64,000 bases of DNA from Chrysomallon squamiferum. Taxonomy: Eukaryota; Animalia; Mollusca. The stretch spans positions 8,494,001 to 8,558,000 of the forward strand of contig CM022669.1 in the NCBI GenBank assembly GCA_012295275.1, given 5' to 3'. Within the stretch, counting starts at the first letter, position 1; each line of letters begins with the position of its first letter. Position numbers and translations under genes: made by a program. This document shows positions 1 through 44,822 of the stretch, piece by piece. Under the pieces are notes generated by a model that saw only the letters and a list, made by a program, of their open reading frames with translations, was not told where the DNA came from and did no database searches.

Positions 1-660
1 AAGCCGCCGGTCGCGACTTATTAGAAGCAGTCTAAGGTGACGTCTGAGTGACAGCGTCTTGAAAGAATGGTCATGTTTGAGGAATCCGTGGTAGCCCCAT
101 CTACAAACACGGACCCTCATAGCGCTGCGGGGAAAATATTAATGAAAAATGGGATTTAGTAGCGGCGCATCAGTACCGCGGTTGTAAGAGAATACGGGCG
201 TTGAGGGCGATTTGCGAACACGGTTTATGAGATACGGATAATAATACTTTCCAGAAAAGTGATCGTCTGTTTCAATAGAGTTTCTGAAGATCTAATCACT
301 CAGAAAGAAATGTTTGAATAAAGGAATTCGCTCAAAGTAGTTTATTTGTTTGCGCTATAAAGCAGATTATTTCTGAATGCTGTCTCTCTCTCTCTCTCTG
401 TGTGTGTTTCTTTCTGAATGTGTGTGTTCGTGTAATGCATACGTGCGTGCTTTTCTGTGTGTGTGTCAAAAGTGTGTCACAGCATATAACGTGAAACTAA
501 CAGTTCGTTTCATTTTCATTTCCTTCCTTCCTGTCTTTTTTTTTTTTTTTTTTCAGTAATCTAATTATTTTTGATGACTAAGCTTTTAAATTTGACACTC
601 TGAAAGCCTTTTTTTGAGATTAAAAGAAAGAAGAAAAACATTCCGATGAATCACTTGACA

Positions 661-712
661 GTTATAATAGGACCATGTAGCCACGCGGGATTTGAACCGC
701 TGACCGCCAAAT
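661..712 (-). mobile_element. Degenerate tRNA-derived (SINE-like) fragment, B-box only
   Basis: gcgggatttgaacc reads GGTTCAAATCCCGC on the minus strand, matching a Pol III B box; no intact cloverleaf seen. Confidence 0.3.
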
Positions 713-1152
713 TGACAAATACAAATTAAAATTATCAAACAGTGTATTTTTTTTTAACGTGGCTAATTTGATAAACTCATTTCATCATCTCCTGTCATTT
801 ACGAGAAAACGCTAGAAATATGTATAGATTTTTTTTTTTTTTTTTTTTTTTTCATTATCCTAGTTATTTCATTTTTCAGTTATTTGTTTTTATATACTCA
901 TCCCAGTTAACCACTCTTGTCTTGTAGGCACTCGCTGGTCTGTTTACAAACCACACCGGGGTTCTCTAACCGGTCTGCAGATATGTGATGTGTATTTACT
1001 TCTCTACAGGAAAGAGCATGTTAAGATTTCTTTCTGTTAACAGATAGACACAAAAGTGACAGCAATGGTTTTTAGGTGGGATTTTTTTTTCTTCTTCTTC
1101 TTTTTATTATTTTTTTTTCTTTTTTTTTGTGGTGAGAGTGTTTTTGGTTTTA

Positions 1153-1283
<131 letters not shown>

Positions 1284-1374
1284 ACTCAGATAACGCAAAT
1301 AATCAAGCTGGACCTCGAATGATCATTCACAGAAAACATAAATGTATTCAGGTGCAGTTTAGCTTTCTCAATGT

Positions 1375-1556
1375 TATTCATCCATTTATTCATCCATCGA
1401 TCCGTATCTCCTGTCCATCCATCCGTCTAGTCGTCTGTTTATCCATTCATTGATCCTTCTATCCATTCATCCATTTATCCATTCATTGACCCTTCTATCC
1501 ATTCATCCATTTATCCATTCATCCTTTCATCATTCTGTCTATCCACCATTTATCCA
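1375..1556. repeat. Degenerate (TCCA/TTCA)n tetranucleotide tract
   Basis: Repeated atccattc/atccattt units. Confidence 0.8.
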
Positions 1557-2436
1557 CAGGTTTTTCGTATCAGTTCATTACAATAATGAAAACTATAATA
1601 GTGTAAAATAGGTACAAGTCTGGATACTTTGTTCATTAGCTTAACGAGAGGAAAGAGAAGGCGAAATCAAACGATAAAAATGTATTCCACAGAGATGTGT
1701 TTCTTTGGGTTACTGGGTTATTATACCAGTACCAACTGTACAACTAGTACACTCGTGGTTTTTTTTACTGGCTGACTCCCTTTAAGAACTGTACCGTAAT
1801 TAAAAATTTAAAGAATAAAATCTTAAAAACATAACGGTGAATAAAATGAAAAGAAAAAGAGAGAAAGTAAACAATATTCTCTTTCATTTGAAAAAACACG
1901 TGCAGTAAAAATAATAATAGATAAGATAAAATAAGAATTTTAATTTTTTTTTTTTTTTATCTGTCTGTTTATCTGTCTGTCTGTCTGTCGTTCTCTGACC
2001 TTTGCATTTCTCTCTCCTAATAATTCCAGGTTTTATTATCCCCAAAACAAGAGTTTTCAGAGAACTAGTTTACCAAATCCCAAAGTGAAAATTACGTATG
2101 TTGTATAAATGCCATATTGCATTTTCAAAATGAAATTTATCTTTTTTATTTCGAGTGGAATGGAATATCAATTATTTATCACAGTTTATGAAATATGCAA
2201 ACAGCCAGGGGGGAATAATGAGAAGTGGGAAATAAAATAACAAAAACAAATATTTAAAAAAATAACAAAAACAAATATTTAAAAAAAAAAATAAAAAAAA
2301 CAAAAAAAAAAAAAAAAAAAAGATTCAGAACGAAATGAGCAATTTATGGGACTGCGCAATATCAAAAATAAATCTTTAAACTGTGGAACTGTATTGACAG
2401 TTATTTTATATGTTTGATGATAACTAACAGAATTAT

Positions 2437-2600
2437 CACTACTACTACTACTACTACTATTACTACTACTACTACTACTTCTACTTCTACTACTGCTTTT
2501 ATTATTATTACTACTACTGTTACTATTTCTACTACTACTAATAATGGTACCACTACTAGTACAGCTAATCATCATCATCATCATTATCATCATCATCATC
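2437..2600. repeat. (TAC)n followed by (ATC)n trinucleotide tract
   Basis: Directly visible; source of the poly-T/S/H ORFs. Confidence 0.93.
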
Positions 2601-2719
2601 AACATAGCAATAATTATAAGTTTTACCGTTTAAACGGTAACAGAATTAAAAGGCAGGAACCATTATTCTATCTGAAAAAAAAAAAAATAATAATAATAAT
2701 AAGCCTCCGTATCTTATTA

Positions 2720-3130
2720 TCACACGTGGAATACGACAAGTATATGACAGGACACGAGGAGCTCTCACTTGTGTGTGTACGAGCGAACGCTCGCTCCCAC
2801 GTCTGACGTCTGCGAGAAAAGCCAATTTACTGGCGAGTCGACGTTCAGCTAACGCACTCCTCGCTGTGTCTTGCTGGCTCGCACAGTGCTGAACAGAGGA
2901 GAGATCTGCGGAGAGAGATCGGCAGGCAGAGTTTTTTTTCCCTATCGAGATAGAAAGAAGTCAACACGAGGGAACGTGTTCTCGCGTATGAAGTAATTCT
3001 GTAAAGCTTGACGGCCTGGCCTGGCCTTTGCGGTCATTTTCGTTGGGACATTGTGGTTAGGGAAGATGCGGTCAAGATAGGTGGGTGGTGAACAAGAAGA
3101 GTATTCTGGTCGGCTTGATAAGAGTGTTCG
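2720..3130 (+). promoter_or_regulatory. CpG-rich promoter-like segment with a putative non-coding first exon ending at 3130
   Basis: CpG-dense island in an AT-rich background. E-box CACGTG at ~2722, CRE-like TGACGTC at 2804, CCAAT at 2822, donor TTCG|GTATGT at 3130/3131. No in-frame ATG that would join the Ig exon. Confidence 0.4.
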
Positions 3131-3269
3131 GTATGTATTGTATTGTTGTTGTTTTTAGCAGGGAGTAAAACGGACCGGTAGATTAACGGTAACTTAATTT
3201 GGAGGATTATTCGTTAGAAGGTTGTTGTATGTAATACGTAGTAATCGTGATTCAGGTAATAGCATTGTG

Positions 3270-3590
3270 TAGATTGTTTAAGGGCAAGATGTTTAGGTTA
3301 TTGAATGAGAAGATGTTTAGGTTATTTAAAGAGAAGATGTTTAGATTATTGAATGAGAAGATGTTTAGATTACTGAATGAGAAGATGTTTAGGTTACTGA
3401 ATGAGAAGATGTTTAGGTTATTGAATGAGAAGATGTTTAGGTTATTTAAAGAGAAGATGTTTAGATTATTTAAAGAGAAGATGTTTAGATTATTTTAAAA
3501 GAAGATGTTTTAGATTATTTAAAAAGAAGATATTTTAGATTATTTAAACGGAAGATAGTTACATAATTATTACTATTTTTTAGATTATTT
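3270..3590. repeat. 24-bp minisatellite (GAGAAGATGTTTAGRTTATTKAAW)n
   Basis: About 10 tandem units decaying at the 3' end; produces the spurious (MFRLLNEK)n ORF. Confidence 0.93.
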
Positions 3591-5374
3591 AAATATCTTA
3601 AGACTGTTTCAGTTTTAATTATATTTTTTGTCCAACATAAAACTTTTATATAAAGCACAGTCGCTTATGTAACATATTTGTTTAGATTTCTGATGCAGTA
3701 CAAAACTGTTTTGATAACTCACTAAGTAAAATAGTTTTAAATTAATAGCAGCTTTTATTTTGTACTTTTAACCTAAAACGTTTGTAACATATCGTGACAG
3801 TGGCTTAAGTAATATTTTTTCACATACTACATATAGATTATATTAGGTGTAAGTGTACAAAACTATAAACTTTTATAATTTTATATAATAAACTCAACAG
3901 AAGTCAGTATTTGATTTATGATGTTAGTGGTTTAGATAATATTATTTGTATTATTCTGATTCCGTATGAACTAATGTGAATTATATAAAGAACCCTTTAT
4001 CTGCCTGTCTATCTGTGTCTGTCTATCTGTCTCTGTCTCTCTCTCTCTCACCCCCCATCACGCACATACATGTGTCCAGAAGAAGTATGTTGAAGTTATT
4101 TTTAATACGGTATTAAATTAATGGCGGGTTAGATAAGATTGCCGTTTAGAAAATATTCTGATTATTTGTACTGTAAACAATGCTAGGATGACTGCTAGTG
4201 ATAACTGTGTGTATAACGGTAACAAGGGACGTTGTATAATTTTACACATTACGGTAACAGTTGCTTAGATAATATTATTACTGTAAATGTGTGTTCAACT
4301 TGAAGCTTGATTACTTAAATTAATAAGCAGTAAATGTTGTTTAGATAATATTATCAAACGATTTTTTTTAAAAATTTTTGTAAGCCATTATGTAATAATA
4401 GCTGACATGGGATCTGTAGATAATAACAGACTTTTAATTGTTAGTTATTATGTAATATTATAATGATATAATGAATTAGATTTTGTAGTTTTACTGTGGT
4501 TTTTTTTTTTAAAGTATTTTTGAAGCTGGGAATTATTTTTTTACATTTTATTATTACTATTACTATTATTATTTTTAATGTTTTTAATGTAAACTTCTCA
4601 TCCGTAATTATGATGTCACTAATCTATGTTACATGCACACACAGACGTAATAAATAAACAGTTCTGTTTTCTCTCTCTGACAGACAAATACACATACAAA
4701 GAGAGAACACACGCAAACACACATTACCAACGTGGGCTACGTAAGAAAGAAAAATAAACTTGACTCTCTGTAGGTTTTCAGTAAAGCAGACGTTTGACAG
4801 CTGATTCCAATTTAGATAAAATTAATTAATTTCTGAAACACGCTTTTTTTAAAAATATAATTATTTAAGTACATGTATTGTTTGTTTTTACTCGTTTTTT
4901 TTTTTCTGTTAGAATAATTACTTTGAAATGTTGTGAGAAAATAATTTCAAAAATTTAAATAAATTATATTAAATATATTAACTAGATAAAATAATTTTAA
5001 AGATACTCAAAACTGTTCAATAATTAAAAAAGAAAAAGACAAAAAGAAAAAACGAAGTAAATAAATAATTAATTTTTGATATTAATTTCGTACAAACTAA
5101 AATAATCTCTAAATTAAACTATGCTTGCCTGACAAAAGTCAACACTTTATCATTAACAGTTGTTAAGTAACCGTATTTGTGTAACGAACTTTTGAAATAT
5201 GAAACTGGCAGTCGTCTAAATATGCTGACGATGTTTTTACAAATTACCAACAGAGGATCTTTTTCAAGCACTTTCACAAAGAAAGAATATCAAATCACAA
5301 TACCTTTTAACACCTTTCTCCCATTTAAAAAAAAAAAAAGTTCACACAAATACAATACACGTGAAAAACCCATT

Positions 5375-5440
5375 TCAGTCCACACTGGAGATTTGAACCT
5401 ACTAACTATCGCTTCTAAGGCAAGAATCTAGCACTGAATT
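5375..5440 (-). mobile_element. Decayed tRNA-like SINE head
   Basis: Minus strand reads TCAGTGCTAG (A-box-like) then GGTTCAAATCT (B-box-like) at tRNA-like spacing. Confidence 0.35.
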
Positions 5441-6459
5441 GACTGCAGTTTCTGATACACGACACTGACAACTGTAGCTGTGAATGGGTTCATTAACTTA
5501 CATCTACACTAAGTAATTACCTCTGACTATTAATGACTATGTCCACGCTTCCAGTGCCTGCCAAATGCACAGGGCGTGAAACGAAAATAGATGAGTATTG
5601 ACCTTATAGGCCGATACATTTCATTTCTTTGTTTCTCCATGACCTAAATTTACTTTTCTTTATTTTCTATTCAGGTATGGTTTCCTGTCAACCTGTTTCT
5701 TTCTTTTCTTTTTTTTTTCTTTTCTTTTTTTTTTTTGATACCTTTGATTACTAATCAATAGGTTAAAAAAAAAATAATAATAATAATAATAATAAAATGA
5801 ATAATAATAAAGAATGTGAAATAGTTTGATGTAAATAGTTTAACATGCTTGTGGAAACGTTGTTAATCAAATGAGAGGAATGAAAGTTTAATGACTCCTC
5901 GGCTCAGACACAAACACTTTGTGCTGTTGTGCGACAAGAAAAGCTCGCTGTACGAATCAGTTCGTGCTTTGTCTGTTGAATGTTAACTGGAATAACGTAG
6001 GATTTGTTCTGTGTTTTAATCAAAGGTTATAGCACCAATCCGACTGAGTATACCACTGGGTAATTTACCATTCCAGCCATACTAACCCATAAAATGGTTT
6101 GTGAACTACTGCACTGTACAATGCAGTTCATGAGAAGGTCTATATTTAAAAGAATGTTTACTACTAAGAATAGCAGCAGTGTTTATTATCATTGTAGTAT
6201 GTCAAGAACAAACAATACAAAAAACAACACACATTTTCAGCAAAAAATAATTACTTTGTTCTAACCAACTCCGTTCATTGCAGTTCACTGCAGTTCATTA
6301 AAATAATTTCAGCTGATGTTCATAATCTGTAAAACACATTTCTGACAGAGTTTATTGAAAACAAGAATTTTCCCTTTAAAAGCTGCTCCATCTTACTCAG
6401 TAACATGTTTATACTTCGTGACCTCTCACGCTCATTAATTACTCATAACACACACGTTT

Positions 6460-7045
6460 TACCAATTAGTTACTTATAATTGGCATACATTCAGCAGTTA
6501 GTTACTCATAACAGGCATACATTCAGCAGTTAGTTACTCATAGCAGGCATACATTCAGCAGTTAGTTACTCATAACAGGCATATGTTCAGCAGTTAGTTA
6601 CCCATAACTGGCAAACATTCAGCAGTTAGTTACTCATAACTGACATACATTCAGCAGTTAGTTACTCATAAATAACATACATTCAGCAGTTAGTTACTCA
6701 TAACTGACATACATTCGGCAATTAGTTATTATAACTGACATACACTCGGCAGTTAGTTACTCAAAACTGACATACATTCGGCAATTAGTTACTCATAACA
6801 GACATACATTCGGCAATTAGTTATTATAACTGACATACATTCGGCAGTTAGTTACTCATAACTGACATACATTCGGCAATTAGTGATTATAACTGAGATA
6901 CATTCAGCAGTTAGTTATTATAACTGACATACATTCGGCAGTTAGTTATTATAACTGACATACATTCAGCAGTTAATTATTATAACTGACATACATTCAG
7001 CAGTTAGTTATTCATAATTGACAAACATTCAGCAGTTATAATTAT
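6460..7045. repeat. 31-32 bp minisatellite (ACATACATTCRGCARTTAGTTAYTCATAACTG)n
   Basis: About 18 head-to-tail copies with point variants and no unique spacers. Confidence 0.95.
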
Positions 7046-9534
7046 ACTGTCTGAAAATGTTCACATACAAAAATCATATATTCAGTACAGTAACATATCT
7101 TCTTATAATATTACCCAGACTACCTTTAAAGATCTGGATGTCCAGGAAAAACCCCTTGAACATTAACTGTAACCAGTATCATGGAGTTTATTTATTCAAG
7201 AAATACTTAATTAAAGAGATTCTGCTGTAACTTTTATTTCAAATCTCTGATTTCTGTAGAGCTACTAGCTGGATAAGAAATATATATATATTTTTTAATA
7301 ATGAAAAATAGTTCATTTCAGTAATTTTAATTATTGAACTGTTTACGTTTTAAATTTTTATTGATTTTATAAGTCAGCAGTTGTACACAGCTAGTTAGTG
7401 GCTTAGTATCGTACTTATATTTTCAGAATAGAAAAATAAATTTACAAATTTTTTAACGTTTAAATTAATACTGGTTGTATTTTTTTTTTTTTAAATATTT
7501 GTGGTGCAATTTAAATTTTGCTATTACTTTTTTATTTTAACGTTGTTTAGCTTGGTTTTCAGAAGAAAAAAAATAACGATAATAAAAAAAAAAAAATAAA
7601 ATAAAATTAAATAATTTAAAAAATTAAAAATAATATAAAATATAAATAAAAAAGGTGAAAAAAAAATAATAAAATAAAATAATAATAATAAAAAAAAAAA
7701 AAACCTGCTGTATTAGCTGACGAAAAGTTAAAAAAAAAAATAATAATAATAATATGTTGAAGCTTTCTTATGGTTGGTTAAACAAAGAAAAAAAAAGAAA
7801 AAAGAAAAAAAATGCTGAGGAAGTTTGACTCCCAGGCAGACAAGTGGTTCTGCTTAACCCTTATTTTGCTTTCAAATTAGTTCACACTTCCTTCAGTGTT
7901 TATCAAGCATCCCAAAGGGACCGTGCAGAAATGTGCAGTCATTCCCACGTGGCTTCAATATGGACATCGCATGCCGCATGTGGTAGGGCCTGGTCGCCTA
8001 TTAAAAATGTAAAGATTTTGCCAATGCTTCTAAATATTTTGGAACTGAATCCATCAGCTGGATTAGGTAATTGTTTGGAGTACAGGTGTGCAATACCTGG
8101 CAGGTACAAACAGATGTTACCAAACGTGGAGTTTGTTTTCATGTGGCGCCAGTCTGTTGGAAAACCAGTCTATTATACACTGGCTCACGTGCGGTACTCG
8201 GGAGAGTGTAGTGTGTGTGTGTGTGTGTGAGACGGTTGTGAAGATTGTTATCGCTTTGTTACTTTGAGTGTGAGAACAAGAAGAAGAAGGAGAGAGAGAA
8301 AAAAATGGTGATTCCGTTTTAAAAATGTCAAACGTCAAATCTTCAAACTTGTTAAACTCTGAGGCTCCCCAAACACAACGTAAATAATCTGTGTAAATAA
8401 GTAGACTGATAAATACAAATAAACAGTAAATATAGTGAAGAAATGAAATATAAATAAATAATAGATAAAAAAAAAAATAATGAAATAAATTAATATTAAC
8501 TAAAATCGAATATATATTGCATAAATTAAAATAAATAGATATTTAAAAAAAAAATGTTAGTTTTCTTTTTAGTTTTGTTTATTTTTGAATAAAAAAATAA
8601 TTAAAAAATAAATAACTATGCTGGCGAAAACAAAAGAAAAGAATTTTCAGGAGAATAGATTTTAAACATTGCCTGTAATGGTTGAAACACTTTCACAATG
8701 TCGTCACACTTGTCTGCAAATTAAACAATAAATCACTGTTTTCTTTCTTATGCTTTTGTTTTCAGTTCTGACAGACACTTAGGTGAACAGACTCATGTAT
8801 CAGTTTTATTTCTGACTGACTCTTGCACAAAAAGCAAAATGTCTGTTTTTAATGTTTCGTTTTTAACTTTTGACAAGACTCTCAACTGAACACAGACGCA
8901 CACAATAAACGGTATTTCTATTCACAGATGCAAACACTTGATAACTTTTCTAAAACACTTCTTCTTTTTCAGTTGTGACAGCATCTACAGCATCTACACC
9001 ATCTGAGAGTGAACCCAATACTCTGCACTTAGGAGACGAAACTTACAAAAACAATGTAAAAAAAAAAAAAAAACCCAACAACTAACCGAACTTGTATATA
9101 AGCCTTTGGGTTATAATTCGTCGAAGGACAAAGTATTCTGAAGACACCTCCTACAGCCAACAACCACATTTACTACTTGCATGTGCAGTGCATGTATATT
9201 TGTGTAGGTCTCGCTTCTAAGAACATATTCTTCAGAAATCACAAGTTTGTTTGTACAGCTACATTTGTGAGATTCCACAGGACACAAGGTTAGAAATAAA
9301 AAAAAATAATAATAAAAAATAAAAGCATAAGAAGAAGAAGAAAAAAAGAAGACTCCAAGACTCATAGGAGAATTCTGCATATTGGACCTGACGTTGCCAG
9401 AAAGGTGAGGCTGATGTATGAAGACAGCGTTGACTGCTTGATACTGCTGATTCGGCTGGCTTTCGTTCGTTGCCCAGTCGTTGCCTGAATGGTTCCATAA
9501 CTCAGGGAACGTGCGGGCTACACGCTGCTAATGA

Positions 9535-9610
9535 AAAACAGCCAATATCTGGCTATCGTTTGAGCACTCTGTGTTTAACTGGAGGGACAGTGGTAACTGT
9601 TCAGTGTGTT
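9535..9610 (+). promoter_or_regulatory. Candidate core promoter upstream of the Ig-gene signal-peptide exon
   Basis: GCCAAT at 9541 and Inr-like TCAGT at 9601 in a GC-richer island. No strong acceptor noticed between here and ATG 10227, consistent with a long first exon. Confidence 0.25.
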
Positions 9611-10226
9611 GTTTGTTACCTGAGAACTGACATCAGAAATTGTTTTAATTCGCTCTGACCCATCTTTTCATAATCTGCAGAGAATAAAGAGTTAACTGTG
9701 ACCTACCTTTGGTTATCTTCACAGATAAAAAAGAGTTATTTGTGATTTTTATTTTTTTCTCTTTTTTTCTACCTTCCAAGAATGAAGAGTTATTTTGTTG
9801 CCTGTCTTTGATAACCACAGAAAGAGAAGAATTATTTCGTCTTGTGTGTTCACAGTAATTAAATATAATCACAAACGTTTGACATTTTTTTTTTTTTATC
9901 TATTAAATAAAGTGTTAATTCTATAAACAAATTAAAAGGTGTAGTGTTATCTAAGTAACACTTAATTATAATAATAAAAAAAGCTTAATAATGTAACAAT
10001 TATTTATCAGATTATAAAAAAAACACCATTCTGTGATCATAAACAGAGACAAAATAAGTAAAACAGAACCTCTCACTGTAAGATCTCCAAGGTTTCTGGA
10101 GCAGAAGTATCTCAGTTTTTGTATCTCTTTAACTGGAGAGCTCGAACAAAGGTGGATTATTCTATCTGAAACTCAGGCTAGAGAGAAGGAAGATGAGAAA
10201 GTTGTCATGGTAACTATATCATCAAA

Positions 10227-41248
<31,022 letters not shown>

Positions 41249-41269
41249 TTTTATTTTTCAAAAACATAT

Positions 41270-41640
41270 TGTGACTGACATCAGCAGATGTAACATCTCT
41301 CACATCAGTAACACCACTTCATGCAGTTACATTTGTGAGATGCAAAAATATCACAACGTTACACTGTAACATTTTGTGTATATATATATATATATATACA
41401 TAACTGACATTGCAAAATTACTTTGACTTGTAACATTCTTTATAACTAGTTATAACGTTACATCAATCTTTGTAACTTGTAAAACATTATGATAGAGTAA
41501 CATCAATAAGTTACACAAAACCTTTGTGACTTGTAACATCTTGTGATGCTGGTAACATAAAGCTACACCAACTATTGCTACCTGTAACATTTTGTGACAC
41601 AAGTAACATCATTTTTTCTAGAACTTTTTGTGGCAGTCAC
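41270..41640. repeat. Degenerate TGTAACAT/TGTGAC-rich tandem repeat in the presumed 3' UTR
   Basis: Recurring tgtaacat and tttgtga motifs. Confidence 0.55.
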
Positions 41641-41721
41641 TATTTGTGTTGTTTTTGTAGTAGGTCACACAAAATGCATAGATTCTCTTTAAATGCTAAT
41701 ACAATCTAGTGCTGTTATGCT

Positions 41722-42075
41722 GTGATAAAACCTGTCTCTAAAGACCACTGTTTACAGTAACTGTGATGGGAAATGGAACTTCATTCTGTGCCCATTTAAA
41801 ACAGTTGGTCTTCGTAGAAAGGTGTTGATATCTTATGATGCTGTCCTGGGACAGATTGGACAGTCTTTATTGACGACTATCATTTACTTATGCCGTCACA
41901 AAGTACTCTGTGGCATGGGTTAATTGTATGACTGTGGCATATTTCAAAATGAAAAACAAACAAACATCAGACATTAATAACGGCCACACTTTACAAAGTT
42001 ACTTAAATGTTTCTGTCTGCTGGACTTAATCTAGAGTTTTGTACTTCATAAGCAGGTGGTCACTGTAGACAGTGT
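41722..42075. mobile_element. Decayed pogo/Tigger-like MITE
   Basis: The left end AAAACCTGTCTCTAAAGACCACTG and right end CAGGTGGTCACTGTAGACAG are imperfect inverted copies of each other and resemble Tigger-type subterminal motifs. Family assignment is from recollection, not a search. Confidence 0.5.
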
Positions 42076-42846
42076 GTAGGAGAGTTGTGAAGGAGAACTT
42101 GTGTCAGAGAAAGAAAAACAGCAACACACAGCAGTAACTCTGTCATTTCAGTTCAGACATTTTGATAGTTGATAATGACAGAGTGACACTTCAGCTGACT
42201 CTGGTAAAAGAAAAAATCACATTATGAGAGACAATCTGTTTATTTGTGCCTGTGTCGTTTATTGGATGTAGTGACTGTAAATGCATCAGAATGGTTTTCC
42301 ACTGCTAGATGTAAGCAATGGTTGATTGTTAGAGGATCCACCTGGATGTGCTGCTGCTCTTACAGTGTGTTCATGAAAGATGTGACTGAACTTTGATCAG
42401 AACTGACTTTATGTTCATGACGAAAATTATTTTAAAAAAGCTTGTATTCCTTTTATAGATACTGAAGGTTTATTTTAAATTAAAAATAAATTTTTTTTTT
42501 TTAAAAAAGAAGAAAAAAGAAGAAAGAAGTATAGTGACATGATACACAGACAGAGTTTTTTAATTAGAACTGAAGAATATGTCACAGAATTAGTTTAGGT
42601 TATTTTTATTTATTTATGAATATTTAATGACAATTTCAGAAGTGTGGTTCCATTCAGACACTAATATTCTTCTGAGGAGGGAAAGGTTAATTAAGTGGTA
42701 ATGGTAGGTCATGTTGTAAGGCACAAATGTAAGTTTTAAACTCAGAAGATAAACAAATTCCAGTGCTATCTCACACAACAGAGTGAGGTAACTAAAACTG
42801 TGTGCATATTTCTATAAAGAATAAAAGTAATCTTCAGCTTACTGAA

Positions 42847-43080
42847 CTACTACTACCACTACTACTATCACTTTACTACTACTACTGTTACTACTATTAC
42901 TACAACTACTTCTACTACTACTACAACCACCACTAATACTACTGTTAGTACTTCTACTACTACTACTACTATCACTACTACTATTGTTAGTATTACTACT
43001 ACTACTACTACTACTACTATAGCTACTATTACTACTACACTACAGCTAATCATTAATAATAATAATCATAATAATGATAA
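42847..43080. repeat. (TAC)n / (TAA)n trinucleotide tract
   Basis: Directly visible. Confidence 0.92.
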
Positions 43081-44153
43081 CAACAATGACAAACAGCAAC
43101 AATAATTATTACAATAATAAAACTTTAAACTTTATCAATAATGATGTGATATGATGAAGATAATAATTATAATAACAATTACCAAAAATTCAAAATAATA
43201 AAATAAAATATGTATATTATTTTCATGTACCAGATTAGATTTTTTTTTTTTTTTTTCATTGATGTTGCTTACATTTGTCTTAGTTTACTGCAAGTAAAAT
43301 CTATGCCATTTGCTTCAAATTCCAGCAGTTCATTCACTGGACCAAGTGGTCAGTAACAATACTAAAATATTGAAACTTCAGAGTCATTTGCACAAATGAA
43401 TTGTAATGTCAACCATTGTAATTTAATGTACATATATTTATATTTATCATGTATATAATGTGTGGGATATTTTACTTTTCCAAAGTATTGTAAAATAACA
43501 TTTTTATTTAATCTTGTTAGGACAGGTCTGATGAAGGAATTGTGGTCTTTGTAAAAGATACCAGGTTAAGAAACATTTTTTTTTGATTTCAGTTATATTT
43601 TAAATTTGAATAAAATCTCCTGAAATTATAGTTTCATTAAAAAAAAAAAAAAAGAAAAAAAAAAAGAATAAAAATATTTTAAAAAGGATAAGAATTAAGA
43701 TACATCTTCTTTCTTGTGTCTCAGCTGAAGTTTTTATTATCATGTTATTTACAGTTTTATTAGAAAATATGTATATTCCTTAAAAAAATACTCAGAAAAA
43801 AATTCAATTAACTGTTAAAAAAAATAAAGAGTGAAAGATAATAATATTTATGTGTTTATAATCTATGTCAGAAAGAAAGAAAGAAATAAAGAGAAAGCGA
43901 AAGAGAGAGAGAGAGTGAGAGATGAGTGATTGAGAGATTGATTAATGTTAATGAAATGTGAAATTAAAAATTTTAATTTATCATTTGATGTTTCAGGTAT
44001 TTTCTGAAATGAGAGCAGGTAGAAATATTTATAATGTGTGTACAAAGCTGTAAGATAAAAATGCTTTTATTCCTGTTTAATTTTATTCTGTATATGCAGA
44101 ATACTATTTTACATTTGACATCAGTGCATTTAACTGTGCTGTTTATAAAGACT

Positions 44154-44480
44154 TGTGAGACCCTTCGTACCAAAATTAGCCACAGGGAATTTTTTTTCTA
44201 AAATGTGAAGATAATTCATTTACTTTCAAACTGTACCAAAATTAAATTTTTTTTTTTTAAATGGTTCCATATATATTTGACAATTAATTGTAGTAATATT
44301 GGACCCTGCTATGAGAAAGTACATAGTAATGGGGTTTTTTTTTACAGTAAAAATAATAAAATTATAAAAATTTAAAATAAAAAAGAATTTCCTAATGTAC
44401 CTAATCTTTACGACAAAATTTACGTTTATCATTCATAGATTTATGGCTTTGTGACTAGTTTTGATAGATAGGGTCACATA
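44154..44480. mobile_element. Decayed non-autonomous DNA transposon (MITE-like) with ~30-bp imperfect TIRs
   Basis: Left end TGTGAGACCCTTCGTACCAAAATTAGCCACA versus reverse complement of the right end TGTGACCCTATCTATCAAAACTAGTCACA. Confidence 0.55.
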
Positions 44481-44752
44481 ATAAAGAATGGGTTTTTTAA
44501 AAGGAGAGTAATATTTCCCATTTTGTTTTTGTTAAATATTTCATTATTGGCATTCAAACATATTTAGTTTTCATTTAAAAGATTTATGTTTTGACCAAAA
44601 AAAGTTTCAAAATAAAACTGAAAGCAATTATTATATAACAAACATGCAAATAAATAAATAAGATGAAATATTAAATTATTTAAAAAAATAAAAAAGAAAG
44701 TCCAATATTAGCTGAAATTATATAGTCTTTTTTTAATGATTAATAGACACTG

Positions 44753-44822
<70 letters not shown>

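Noticed and set aside
3247-3498. (MFRLLNEK)n repeat-protein ORF
   Set aside because: The frame is open only because the 24-bp minisatellite unit is a multiple of 3; GTG start and no gene context.
6460-7045. CRISPR-like ~32-bp repeats
   Set aside because: The units are contiguous with no unique spacers, there are no cas genes, and the context is eukaryotic.
7844-8230. 128-aa non-repetitive ORF
   Set aside because: GTG start, no recognisable motif or supporting exon structure, and it ends in (GT)n; more likely a non-coding island.
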